DNA of 64,000 nucleotides from Mytilus edulis (lineage: Eukaryota), in assembly GCF_963676685.1 (NCBI RefSeq), contig NC_092347.1, positions 29,140,001-29,204,000 on the forward strand, read 5' to 3'. A model generated the notes under the pieces. That model ran no database searches. It saw only the letters and a list, made by a program, of their open reading frames with translations, and was not told the origin of the DNA. Positions 15,101-27,093 of the stretch are shown here, piece by piece (position 1 is the stretch's first letter; every line of letters begins with the position of its first letter). Made by a program: the position numbers and the translations under genes.

Positions 15101-15867
15101 TAGTCTAGCTGCTATCTATATCTATGTTGCAGCTATGCTAGCTACACGTTCAATAGTCATACATCTACGTAGCCCTTTGTAGCCGCTACGATATTGGACG
15201 CAACCCAGGTGAGTACTCTGAATGTCGACACCACTATTACGCAATTAATCGAACGATTCATTATGCTGATGTTTGATCGAACAATATCAGAGGTCAATGA
15301 TATTTAACCTTTTGGGACAACATTGCTTTTTTTTTTTATCAAACATATGTATTTTGTCTCTAAATTACGTTTACTTGTGATATTTTTTACCGGAAGTGAT
15401 AAATTTCTGAATAAAATACCCCGAGGGTTTCATAGAAATGATACATTATTTCAAACCATGAATACACAATAATAATATAGTCTACACAGCAAACTTTGGC
15501 TACCAGCTGTGAGATTTGAATAACCATTAATCAGTTATCAAATGCATGTCCGCCATTTCGATGGTAAAACCGGAAGTGGATAAAATCAAGTTTGCCTCCA
15601 TATCTAATTTTGTTAAGAATGATCCAAACTATGTTTCTACCAAATTTTATTCTTTTAAAACATAGTGCACAATTGTTCACCTATCTGCTGGGTAACCATT
15701 TATCAGTTATCAAATGCATATCCGCCATTTTGATGATAAAACCGGAAGTGGATCAAATCAACCTTGCCTCCATATCTAATTTTGTTTAGAATGTTCCAAA
15801 CTTTGTTTCTACCAAATTTTATGCTTTTAACACAAAGTGCACAATTATTCACCTATCTGCTGGACTA
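12168..15867 (+). mobile_element. Academ-superfamily DNA transposon with a decayed transposase/XPG-like pseudogene
   Basis: Perfect 18-bp termini TAGTCCAGCAGATAGGTG / CACCTATCTGCTGGACTA that extend imperfectly, and a 3-bp TSD ATT (12165-67, 15868-70). Frameshifted + strand fragments NATWHKTCH, VPRSLVALVSMLL, LTDNLRRW, EEIGNQFLEDSNELLVL and ALPGFHAFT..DT (XPG H3TH-like). The right subterminal ~175 bp is tandemly duplicated (about 15519-15867). Confidence 0.78.
15036..15205. mobile_element. 170-bp MITE with 3-bp CAG TSD (PIF/Harbinger-like) nested in the Academ
   Basis: TIR ggttgcgtccaatatcgtagc / gctacgatattggacgcaacc; palindromic almost throughout; CAG at 15033-35 and 15206-08. Confidence 0.75.
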
Positions 15868-16596
15868 ATTGTCCTTTATAGTAAACAATTTTTTGTAAAT
15901 TTTTGTACTCTTAAAAAATCTTCTCCTCTGAAACTTCTGAGACAAATTTAACCAAACTTGGTCACAATCATTATAAGGGTATCTAAATTTAACCAGATGC
16001 TCCGCAGGGTGCAGCTTTATACGACCGCAGAGGTCGAACCCTGAACAGTTGGGGCTAGTATGGACACAACATTCAAGCTGGATACACTTAAAAAAAAAAT
16101 TGTTTTGCTTTTGAGCAATTCACTATGCTGTTGAATATTAATCCTCTCTAAAAAAAATATTTGAAGAAATTTTCTTTTTTAATTTCTGAAATCTGAAATG
16201 AGAAAAATTGAACCCCCCCCCCCCCCCCCCCCCCATTTTTTTGTCACCTCCCCCTTTCCCTTATTCCAAAAATGATCTCAATTCAAATTTCTAATGGAGT
16301 TTGCAACAATAACTACTCATTTAAATACATCATAAAATATTAAAATATTAAATGTCATACAGTCATGGTTAAAATTAATATTGATTAATAGTAACTTTTT
16401 AAAAAATAAATGGGGAATGTGTCCAAAGGGCCATATATGATGCCCCTGCTAGCATATAACATTATAAAGGGACATAACTCAAGAACTGTAAAAGTGAAGC
16501 TGCCAAAAATTGAATTAAACTGAGTTTAGAGGTAATAAGCATTATATACACTTTTCATTAAATTTTGTTGAAACAAAGTAAAGAGAACAGAAACTA

Positions 16597-18549
16597 ATAA
16601 ACAGCTGCGCCATGAGCGCATGATACGCCCGACGTCTTGTGTGGAAGTTTTATGCCAGTATCATAAATAGTTTCTGAGAAAGTTTTAAGCAATAACCATT
16701 TATTGTTTTTGAGACACGGCGGGACATGTGACCCACCCACACCCTTTTTTACAAATATCACTAAAATAAAATTTTGAATCAAACCAAAAAGTATACAGAT
16801 CTTTAGATTGATATAACAAAGAAGTGTGTACAGTTTCAAGCAATAATCATAAATTGTTTTTGAGATATGGCGCGACATGTAAAAAAAAAAACCTCCCCTT
16901 TTTTACACAAGAGTGCACACGCTGAAATGTCTCGCCTTCTATACTAATCATTGATATTATGTTGATAGTCCTAGGTATAAAGCTAAGCTTTATTACAACT
17001 GTCACATAAACTTAACATTTACCAAGATAACTAAACAAAGACCAATGAACCTTGAAAATGAGGTCAAGGTCAAATGAAACATGCCAGGCAGACATGTACA
17101 GCTAACAATGCTTCTATACAACATATATAGTTGACCCATTACTTATAGTTTAAGAAAAATAGACCAAAACACAAAAACTTAACACTGTGCAATGAACTGT
17201 GAAAATGAGGTCAGGGTCAAATAAAACCTGCGTGACTGACATAAAGATCATAAAATATTTCCATACACCAAATATAGTTGACCTATGGCATATAGTATTA
17301 GATAAAAAGCCCAAAACTCAAAAACTTAACTTTGACCACTGAACCATGAAAATGAGGTCAAGGTCAGATGACACCTGCCAGTTGGACATGTACACCTTAC
17401 AGTCCTTCCATACACCGAATATACTAGCCCTATTGCTTATAGTATCTGAGATATGGACTTGACCACCAAAACTTAACCTTGTTCACTGATCCATGAAATG
17501 AGGTCGAGGTCAAGTGAAAACTGTCTGACAGACATGAGGACCTTGCAAGGTACACACATATCAAATATAATTATCCTATTACTTATAATAAGAGAGAATT
17601 CAACATTACAAAAAACTTTTTTTTCAAGTGGTCACTGAACCATGAAAATGAGGTCAAGGACATTGGACATGTGACTGACGGAAACTTCATAACATGAGGC
17701 ATCTATATACAAAGTATGAAGTATCCAGGTCTTCTACCTTCTAAAATATAAAGCTTTTAAGAAGTGAGCTAAAGCCGCCGCCACCGCCGGATCACTATCC
17801 CTATGTCGAGCTTTCTGCAACAAAAGTTGCAGGCTCGACAAAAATACTCAATAACTCAAAAATAAAATTTTGAGTCATCACCAAAAAGTATACAGATCTC
17901 TACATTAATATAACAAAGAAGTGTGTAAAGTTTTAAGCAATAATCATAAATCGTTTTTGAGATACGGCACGACATGTAAAACCCCCTCCCCCTTTTTTAC
18001 AAAATACTCAATAACTCGAAAATGAAATTTTGAATCATCACCAAGAAGTATACAGATATTAAGATTAATATAACAAAGAAGTGTGTAAAGTTTTAAGCAA
18101 TAATCATAAATTGTTTTTGAGATACGGCGCGACATGTAAAGAACTCCTCCCCCTTTTTTACAAAATACTCATTAACTCAAAAATGAAATTTTGAATCATC
18201 ACCAAAACGTATACAGATATTAAGATTAATATAACTAAGAAGTGTGTAAAGTTTCAAGCAATAATCAAGAATCGTTTTTGAGATACGGCGCGACATGTGA
18301 AAAAAAAAAACACCCCCCTGTTTTAGTTACATAGTGCCGTAACTCAAAAAGTTTAAATCTTATTTTCACCAAAAAGTATTCAGATCATTTGACCATCATA
18401 AGAAACAACAATATAAAGTTTTATGAAATTTAGATAAGTCGTTCTCAAGTTACGGTGCGACATGTTTACGCCGGACAGACAGACGAACAGACACCGGACA
18501 TTTGTATACCATAATACGTCCCGTCAAAATTTTAATGGGCGTATAAAAA
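16597..18549 (-). mobile_element. HINE-like element family C carrying a ~160-bp satellite array
   Basis: Ends aaacagctgcgccatgagcgcatgatacgcccg and cccgtcaaaattttaatgggcgtataaaaa; (GACA)n near 18475; ~160-bp units start at 17841, 18001 and 18162, with one more before 16906. Confidence 0.68.
16907..17842 (-). mobile_element. HINE-like element family D, near full length, nested in the satellite of family C
   Basis: Colinear and highly similar to 61236-62284; repeated catgaaaatgaggtcaagg units; GCC microsatellite; terminal gtcgagc...gctcgac inverted repeat. Confidence 0.75.
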
Positions 18550-19425
18550 ATTCTTCAATTTTTCCATTTGTAAAGGGGCATAACCCAAGAATGGTAATCA
18601 AAGTGCTTGTAATCACTGAATGGTAAAGACTGCTTTAATTTATCAGTTGGTAGTAAAGTGAATATTGCATTGTATATTGTATATAGCATTGATTTAAGTT
18701 GATTCAACTACTATTCTGGACAAAAAAAGGTAACTCCAATTTTCAAAGCAGATTTCATAAAGCATTGGTTTTAGGTGATTGAACAACCATTCTGGACAAA
18801 GAAAGATAACTCCAATTTATTATCTTGAAACTACATAAATGCTTGTTTTTGGCCCCTTTTTTGCCCTTTATTCCTAGACTGTTTGCCCCATAACCCACAA
18901 AATATATCCCAACCTCCTACTAATGGTATTAAACATTGTGGTAGAATTTCAGAACAATTGAAATACTTAAACACAACTTTTTGTACTGACACTAGACAAA
19001 TGCTTGTTTTGGGCACCTTTGGGGCCTTAATTCCTAAACATTAGGGACCATAACCCCCAAAATCAATCCCAAGCTTTCTTTTGTGGTTATAAACATTGTG
19101 TTAAAATTTTATTGATTTCTGTTTACTTATACTAAAGTTGTTATCTGGAAACTATCCGTCTTTGGACGATGATGACATGATACCAATATAAGACTGCAAA
19201 ATTTTTTGCAGTCGTATAAAAATGTATCTGATGAACCCAACTACCAACCAACCAAGATGGCCCCCATGGCTAAAAATAGAACATAGGGGTAAAATAAAAT
19301 GCAGTTTTGGGGTTATATCTCTGAAACTGAAGCATTTAGAGCAAATCTTACATGGAGTCAAAATTTTCAGACAAATCAGACAACCCGTAAAAATATTCAT
19401 GTTTAAAATGGTGTAAACATTGAAT

Positions 19426-19686
19426 AACAAGAATGTGTCCAAAATACACAGATGCCCCAATCATTTTTTATATTCAGTGGACGGTGAAATTGGGGTCAGA
19501 ATTTGGCATTAAAATTTGAAAGATCATATCATAAGGAACATGTATACTAAGTTTCAAGTTGATTAGACTTCAACTTCATCAAAAATACCTCAACCAAAAA
19601 CTTTAACCTGAAGTGGGACAGACAGACGAATGAACAGTCCAGAAAACATAATGCCAATAAATGTGGTATAAAAATGGGGCATAAAA
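19426..19686 (-). mobile_element. Short HINE-like element
   Basis: aacaagaatgtgtcc...gatgcccc at one end, a gacagacagacgaa microsatellite, and atggggcataaaaa at the other end. Confidence 0.5.
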
Positions 19687-19827
19687 AGTAAATAAACAAG
19701 TAAATGAGTCTAAAAAAACATGTAACATTATCCAAGGAAGATATATAAATAATTAATTATCATATTTATACATTGTCATTATCTTTTCAAACTTTGGAAT
19801 ATTGGTATACCGTTGTTTGACTGTTTC

Positions 19828-22800
19828 TTAGTTTTTGAATTTGATAATTATATCTTGTGTTAACATATGATTAAAGCTACTTAACCCTATATATTTGTCA
19901 TTAATTGTAAATGTTTCACTCATTTTTTGGTTCACCATTAAGAACAAGTCTATGACCGAGATCTTCTCTCCCTTCAAACTCTTCAGCAATTTCTCCATAA
20001 TGACAAATATCCAACCGCCAGCATCTTCCATGTTTAAATTGTGATATGACAAATAACCTGAAAAAAAATCCAACACCATCATTATAAGGGATGTTTTTAT
20101 GTTCATATGACACATTGCTTGAAAACAAGCATTCTGTGAGTATTGTGAGAAAATACATAGCTATAGTCCGCTATCAGTTAAAAATTAATTCTATTGGAAC
20201 AAAATTCTAACTTGATCTATAACTTGTCATAGTGTAAACTATATACATGTAAAAATTATCAAGTGAATACCTTCAAGCATGAGAAAAAAAGTGTTGAAAA
20301 CTGACTCTACACAAAATCATCAGATCAGAATAAAATTTGATCTTGATCAGTAACTTGTCATGATAAATCTCTATACCAATTGTCAAATCAATATCTTCAA
20401 GAATGACAAAAATAGTGTTGAAAAACTGATTATTTAAGTGATTATTCTAAGTCAAAGGACTATAACTCTGCACAAAATCATTTGACTGAAACAAAATTAA
20501 AACTTGATCTGTAACTTGTCATGATAAAACAATATACCAAATACCAAATCATTATCTTCAAGCATGAAGAAAAAAGGTTTGGAAAACTGATTTGGCGGAC
20601 TGACAGATAGACAGACAGACAGAGTGCAAACCTAAATTCCCCTACTGACAAAATCGACGGTACTAAGGGGACTAAAAAAACAGTACACATTGGGGAATCA
20701 CTAATAGTAAGTCAATGCTATTTGGTACATCTGAATGTCATGAAAATTATTTGGCCGTGCATTCTAAATCATGGTCTTTCATGGGTTTTTGATACCACAA
20801 ACTAGTCAAAACATTTACTAAATTTTATCATCGGTATAAGGACATCATTCGTAAATATAGCTCAACGAACATGCAGACTTCTTATACGTTCAGGTATTTC
20901 GCATCCAATTTTTTATGGAAATATTCTTTATAAAGCACAAAGGTGTCAGTATTCACCTCAAAAACTAACAAAACCTTTGAATAGACTTATTAAGAAGGGA
21001 TATAGTTACGATACTGTTGTCAGGTCATTAAAGATTGCATATTTTGGCGTTAATATTGATTCACTTATAGGGTCTTTGCATCAAAACTAAACACATTTAT
21101 TCAAAAACCAGTTGTTGGCATGACACGGGTTATGTTCTTCTCATATATGTTATGATGGTATGATACTAAACCCCTAACGGGAAGGATTGTGCCTGATGTT
21201 CATATGATGAAATCATAGTCTTTCAGTCAGTTTAATTGAAGTCTGGAGCTAGCATGTCAGTTAACTGCTAGTAGTCTGTTGTTATTTATGTATTATTGTC
21301 ATTTTGTTTATTTTCTTTGGTTACATCTTCTGACATCAGAGTCGGACTTCTCTTGAACTGAATTTTAATTTTAATGTGCGTATTGTTATGCGTTTACTTT
21401 TCTACATTGGCTACATTGGCTAGAGGTATAGGGGAGGGTTGAGATCTCACAAACATGTTTAACCATGCCACATTTTTGCGCCTGTCCCAAGTCAGGAGCC
21501 TACTGGCCTTTAGTATGGCGTTCATTATCACTGAACTAGTATATATTTGTTTAGGGACCAGTTGAAGGACGCCTCCGGGTGCGGGAATTTCTCGCTACAT
21601 TGAAGACCTGTTGGTGACCTTCTGCTGTTGTTTTTTTCTATGGTCGGGTTGTTGTCTCTTTGGCACATTCCACATTTCCATTCTCAATTTTATCTATTGA
21701 CTGAAACCTTTGTGTAGGTCTATGATTAGTTCAGGGGATCCACTTATGATAAGTCAATGATATTTGATATGCAGTTGTATTAATTGGCATCTATACATCT
21801 CCATGGATATAGCTTCACCCCCTTAATGTTTATTTCATTGAGAAACCATGTTTTGGAAAATTATCATAAATTCAAAATGCCTCAAGCGAACTCGGGTAGT
21901 TGTACGATTTCTATGGCAAAGAGTGAAGACCAGTCGTAGTATTACTGCCATTCATTTTAGTGCAATTTTTCAGTATATAAATACTTAATCAAGTTGTTGT
22001 CAATTTTAAAAACAGGTTGAGCTATAGGTAAAGTTTTACAGTAACACCTATAAGCAACTCACTGTAAAATTTTAAAAACTACAACCACAGAGTGATGTAA
22101 TGTTTTCCCGCAGAAAAACTAAGTCCATTTATAAGTAAAATACGGAAAAAATGGAATTTTATTTTCACAAAATTTACTTCTGGATACTATCTTATGATCA
22201 TAAATAAGCTTCTGTCCAAGTTTGGTAGAAATCCAGATTATTTAAAAAAGTTATTTAAATTTTTAAAACTTTAACCACAGAGTGTATGTAATGTTTTCCC
22301 GCAGAAAAACTAAGTCCATTTATAAGTAAAATAAGGAAAAAATAAGGAGAGAATTTTATTTTCACAAAATTTACTTCTGGATACTTTCTTATGATCATAA
22401 ACAAGCTTCTGTCCAAGTTTGGTAGAAATCCAGTATGGTTTAAGAAAGTTATTAAAAAAAAAAAGGTGTCACCAAATTCTGTTGTGTGGTTTCAGGAGTT
22501 GAGATGACAAGAACAGGACTGACAGAGGGACAGACAGACGGACAGACTGGTCAAAAATATTATACCCTCCTGGGGTATAATAATAATAAATCAATGATAT
22601 TTAGTACACAGTTAGCTTATCAAAAACATATGGCATTTTCAATGATGTTATTTGGGTCTGCAATTCAGTATTGTTTAAGGACGGAATGTTTTGCATAGTA
22701 AACTGGTTAAAAGTATTTGTCTAGGGAAATTAACTGAACATTAGCATGCATCTCCCCCCTTTCTCCTAGTAAATTCCAGATGAATTCAGCAAACAAGTGC

Positions 22801-25800
22801 ATAACAAATATACCTGATGGTGACGAAAACATAACAATACTGTCTCTGATACATGGCTGTGCTAATTTCCAGGTTTTAGGCCAGGGCATACTATTCAGAG
22901 CCCCTGTTGACAGAGATCTCCCACTGGCTCCAGTTGAAAGTTCTTCTGGTGTCTGTTGATTACCATTTGCAGGTACATGACTCCCAAAACTAGGTACAGT
23001 ATCTGAAAAAAACAATGGTTGAGAATTATAAAGTCATACAATGGTTTAAACAACTGTAGCTACAGACTTAAAGGAGACTTGACACGCTTTTCAATGGTTA
23101 TTTATACATATCTTTCCCTAAAAATACATTAAAAATCTGAATTAAAAAGATAGTCACATTAAGGCACATTAAACATGAACATCAAACACAAAGCACTTAA
23201 TTTTTGGATTAACTTTGAAAGTGTGTCCAAAATCAAAAATCTAAAACATTGTAAAATTGGGCATATCAAAGAACACCAATAATTCATTTTTTTATGAAAT
23301 CTTAATTTCAGACCCCAATTCGGAACAACTTGAATTCTGTGCCTACAATCAAAAATATAAATAAACACTTAGATTTAGCATATCAAAGAACCCTACAAAT
23401 TTGTTTTTTAGAAATCAAATGATGCTCAGTGATATTAATGGCCAATATATAAAATGTATTGATTGTCAATAAATAGTGGGGGTTCCAACCCCCAGAAACC
23501 CCCCTCTGGATCTGTCATTGAGTGTAGTAAATAAAATACTTCAATGATGAGTGACTATCTTTATAAAAATTACTCCTATGGTGAATGTAATAGATAAATA
23601 CTCCAATGATGAGTGAACTTACCCCGTTAATTAAATACTCATATGATTATTCTTAAACAATATACGCCTATGGTGAGTGTTCTTAATAGAATACTCCATT
23701 GGTGAATGTCCTTAATGAAGTACCCCCATGGTGAGTTTCCCTTACTAAATACTCTATTGGTGAGTGTTCTTAATAAAATACTATATTGGTGAGTGCCATT
23801 AATAAATGTACTCCTATGGTGAATGTTCCTTAAAAAAATGCTCATATGTTGAGTGTACTTAATAAAATACTTCTAGAATGAAATTCAAAACAGTGTGGAT
23901 GTGGCCATTGATTGACACATTAAATTCATCCATTGTCTGGGACAATTTAGGTGAACGTTGTATGTAACGACCACTTCTCACTATGTACTTTTTAAAGACA
24001 CTTAAGCTATCGGGTCACCAAAGGTTCTCAACACCTTAATAAAGTAATTCGAAAAATTAATCAGAAATAACACGATGTTTTGATTGATATCAATTATATA
24101 AATCAAAACATAAAGGTTATTCCTGATTCAATTTTCGAATTATTTTATAATTAAAGGCGTTAAGAAACCTTTGGTGACCCCACAGTTTGTATGTCTATCA
24201 TAGGTACGTCGTGAACAGTGGTCGTTACAGACAAACGTTCACGTAAATTGTCCCAGTCAATGGATGAATTTAATGTGTCAATCAATGGCCACAGCTACAC
24301 TGTTTTGAATTTCATTCTATGTTGAGTGTACTTAATAAAGTACTCATATTGTAAGTGTGCTAAATGTTTACAGCAAGTTTAATATTAGCAACTAATTTGG
24401 CATTATATTGTTATGCTTTACTTAATTCTGAAACCCACCACAAAGTATATAAATACAGTTTCACTTACTTTTTCAACTCAGATTTTGAAAATTCCTTTTT
24501 TATTTGAATTCATTTGACCTGAAATACCATTTTGTTTGCAAACTATTACTGTTTCATTACATCTTATTTTTGAACTTTTACTATTCTTTTTCATTTCATT
24601 TGACTATGATTTATATGAATGTTGTCATTTGTAAATAAATTGTTGGTTCTATTTGATTTATGTCTCAATTCTGCCAAAATCTGATATCAGGTATCCAGAG
24701 GATCAAATAGGCAACTACACATTCCAGGAGGGTTACACTGACTGTCCCCCTACTGTTATTCCAATACTGAATATAAAATAAAAGAGTTCTAATGTCCCCC
24801 TTGTTGCACACATTTTTGGAACAGTTTATAAATATCTTAGAAAAATGGAGGATTCAAAGCAAATGTAAATTTTCTTTTTCTTATACTGAACTTTTCCAAG
24901 GGGCATAACTTGTTAAAAATATTTGATCAGCACTGATTTTCAAAGAAAAGGGTCTAAGACATTGCTAATATAAATCTATATATTAATGATATATCAGTAT
25001 AATAATTGTGTGTATAAATAAGGCTCATCTTAAATTATTTATCGCTTCAACTGGCAAAAATAATAAAGACCCTACATACTAACTTGAATGATGCACTCCT
25101 TGGTCTCTCCCTAGTTTAGTCACTGTTCTTTCATCTGATCTATTTCTGCACATCTGTTAAATATAAATACAAATTTACATTCTTGCCGTCCCTGAAAGGA
25201 CATCAGAAACAGCTACCCAATAAGCAAGCTTTAATAGATATATTGTGCGCAAACTTTTAAAAACCAAAGAAAGTAAGCCAATGGTACCTTTGCACTATAA
25301 GCATTAGAAAAATAGCTCTAATGTAAAACATATCTTACAGTAATGATATCTTTTAGAAAAGTGTTTTTCCTGAAATAAAACATTTTTATTAGTGGTAAAT
25401 TGCAAATTTCAATTCCAATTATTCTGTTCAGAACTCAACCATCCCTGCAGTAAGTTACTGTAACTGGTTGTTTTTATTAACATCAATTCAATTGTGCTAT
25501 AAAAAACATCTTCCTTTGATATTTTTGCAGTTGTTGTGTACTAGTATTAGATTTTTATTTTATCTTGATTTTAAAATTAAATCAAAAGGTCAACTTGTAA
25601 CTTGGTACATATATATTCATTTCGATGCACCATAAACTAATTACTTTAAAGGATTAAGGAATGAATGGACTGAAAGGAGCATAGGCAAGAAAATATAATG
25701 CTGCTTTTCTCTTTTAACATTTTAGACAGAGCGTAAACAACTGACATTTCTAGATATGTAAATTACCTTTACGAAAGGATTCAAAGCAATGAACATATTG

Positions 25801-27093
25801 AAGATTAAAGTGCAAATTAAATCATGATAGTACCTGCATGATGAAAATTTTCTGTTTATCTTTAACGTCTTCAAATATTTTCAGCAGCTCATTTACTTTG
25901 TATCTGTTTGATCGCCATGCAATTTCTAAAGACACTTCAATTCCTGTTTTGTCATTACCGGTACTATCTTTTTCAACAGTGTCTTGTTCTTGTTCGACCC
26001 CATGTGAACTGACAGCTAATACAAGATATTCATATCCTCCTTCCTCAAATGTATTTTTCACTGGCAAAAAAATAGTGTTATACTATATACATTACATTAC
26101 AACTCTAGGTTTCCTACCTATCTATTTTATTATGACAGCAATTACATTTATTTTATAGTGAGCTAGCTTAAGGTGAAGGTTAAAACCCAGCACCATTTGT
26201 TTGCACCTGTCCTAAGTCAGGAATATGTTGTTCATGCAGTGGTTGTAGGAAGTTTGTTGATGTGGTTCTTGATCCTTGTTTTTTATATAGATTAAACCAT
26301 TGGTTTTCCAGTTCGAATTGTTTTATACTAGTCATTTTGGGGCCCTTTATAGCTTGATTTTTGGTGTTAGCAAAGGCGTCTTGATGAAGACCGTACTTTG
26401 ACCTATAATAGTTTACTTTTTATACATTGTGACTTGGATGGAGGAGAGTTAATTTTCTCATTGGCATTTATCATTTATGACTTTGAACTTTGACTTTTTA
26501 ACTAATTCCTATATAAACAGTTTTAAACGACAGACCATGGTTATTTAAAAAATAATAACATTTTCCGTATCAAGTTAGTAAGTTGGATAAAACAATCGTA
26601 CGATTTCATTGACACCGACACGCAATTACGACTTCATTTGGTTACTGTAGTTTATGTCCTTTGTGGTTTATAGACATATCGTGGCTCCTAATTGGAAAGG
26701 ATGACAAAATGGACACATGCAGAGAATTGATACTTTAAATTTAAAATCAATGGTGATATCACTTATCTAGCAGAATAAAACTTTAATATTAATTTATGAA
26801 TTTGAGCATTTTTATACAGAATGGACATAATATCAATTTTTAATTTTTTGGCGAAGTTTCCCTTGATTGTTGATTGATTGTTTCATAACAATAATCTCAC
26901 GTGGTTTGATTTATAACTTACAATCCTTTAACTGTTTTTTAAAGTCTTCTGCTTTTCTAGGTGGGGTATAGTTCTTCATATCAATCTTTTCAACTTTACA
27001 TCCTTCAACCTGGCTCCAGAAGGCTTTAAACTTTTCATAATTATCACTTGCACCATCTTCATTTAGAGGAAATATTTTGGCTAATATGCTCAT
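19828..27093 (-). CDS. Divergent caspase-like cysteine protease (clan CD, peptidase C14), 295 aa, no prodomain
   Basis: Exons on the - strand: 27093-26922, 26060-25834, 25153-25084, 23002-22814 and 20057-19828. All introns are GT-AG with phases 1,0,1,1; total 888 nt with no internal stop. Motifs appear in caspase order: YLVLAVSSHG (catalytic His), QKIFIMQ|MCR (QACRG-like, catalytic Cys), RDQGV, linker, DSIVMFSSPSGYLSY, GGWIF, DLFLMVNQKM, LTQDIII. Confidence 0.82.
20200..20680 (-). mobile_element. HINE-like fragment with internal tandem units and (GACA)n
   Basis: Repeated aacttgatctgtaacttgtcatgataaa units, gacagacagac at 20600-20622, terminal cccct...aggggactaaaaa. Confidence 0.5.
20780..21693 (+). 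mobile_element. 5'-truncated Penelope-like retroelement (Naiad-type): RT C-terminal coding remnant, SECIS and 3' tail
   Basis: 20784-21090 translates (one in-frame TGA, one 4-bp frameshift near 20866) as GF*YHKLVKTFTKFYHRYKDIIRKYSS/TCRLLIRSGISHPIFYGNILYKAQR...LNRLIKKGYSYDTVVRSL...LHQN*, resembling the C-terminus of PLE reverse transcriptases. The ORF ends with no downstream GIY-YIG domain. A SECIS follows, then a tail that recurs at 28460-28805. Confidence 0.68.
21141..21207 (+). promoter_or_regulatory. SECIS element, form 2 (selenocysteine insertion sequence)
   Basis: Helix I tcatat.../...atatga; core ATGAT (21152-56) opposite TGAT (21194-97); 11-bp helix II ggtatgatact/aggattgtgcc with one mismatch; unpaired AAA (21168-70); apical mini-stem ccc-ctaac-ggg; located about 50 nt after the element's TAA. 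Confidence 0.8.
22070..22580 (-). repeat. 190-bp tandem duplication within a HINE-like fragment
   Basis: accacagagtg...ttcccgcagaaaaactaagtcc at 22084 and 22274, followed by gacagacagacggacagac and a tataccc...gggtata hairpin. Confidence 0.65.
23535..24352. repeat. ~30-bp minisatellite (aaatactcctatggtgagtgttcttaat), interrupted by a MITE
   Basis: About a dozen degenerate units at 23535-23873 that resume at 24320. Confidence 0.7.
23876..24317. mobile_element. Foldback MITE with long TIRs and TA TSD (Tc1/mariner-like)
   Basis: gaatgaaattcaaaacagtgt... / ...acactgttttgaatttcattc, with inverted similarity along most of both arms; TA on both sides, and removing the element restores a minisatellite unit. 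Confidence 0.78.
26195..26470 (+). repeat. Dispersed repeat family (gtttgcacctgtcctaagtcaggaat...ggccctttatagct...gtctcattggc)
   Basis: Related copies at about 8120-8400 (-), 10160-10280, 10780-10940 (-), 35690-35790 (-), 38250-38525 and 47415-47630 (-). Confidence 0.55.

Larger units (their letters stand above)
15991..19220 (-). mobile_element. HINE-like element family B nested in family A, itself interrupted
   Basis: Left end aaccagatgctccgcagggtgcagctttatacgaccgcag; right end gactgcaaaattttttgcagtcgtataaaaa (hairpin plus subterminal match); gatgatga microsatellite; inserted at ttt|aaaa of HINE A; contains a C22 run at 16213-16234. Confidence 0.6.
11562..19390 (+). mobile_element. HINE-like element family A, split into three pieces (11562-12167, 15868-15990, 19220-19390) by nested insertions
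   Basis: The pieces match the family seen intact at 48116-48892 (ttttagct...gccaagtgagcttttctc, GTC microsatellite, ccaaccaagatggc), and the sequence rejoins across each insertion point. Confidence 0.7.

Noticed and set aside
21181-21224. Hammerhead ribozyme (ctgatg...gaaa) in the Penelope-like 3' region
   Set aside because: The core is CUGAUGU, there is no stem III, and the same bases are better explained as the 3' arm of the SECIS.
24469-24518. Extra exon of the caspase-like gene (good AG and GTAAGT sites on the - strand)
   Set aside because: It is 50 nt with stops in all three frames, and skipping it keeps the ORF intact. It could at most be a poison exon, which would need RNA-seq evidence.
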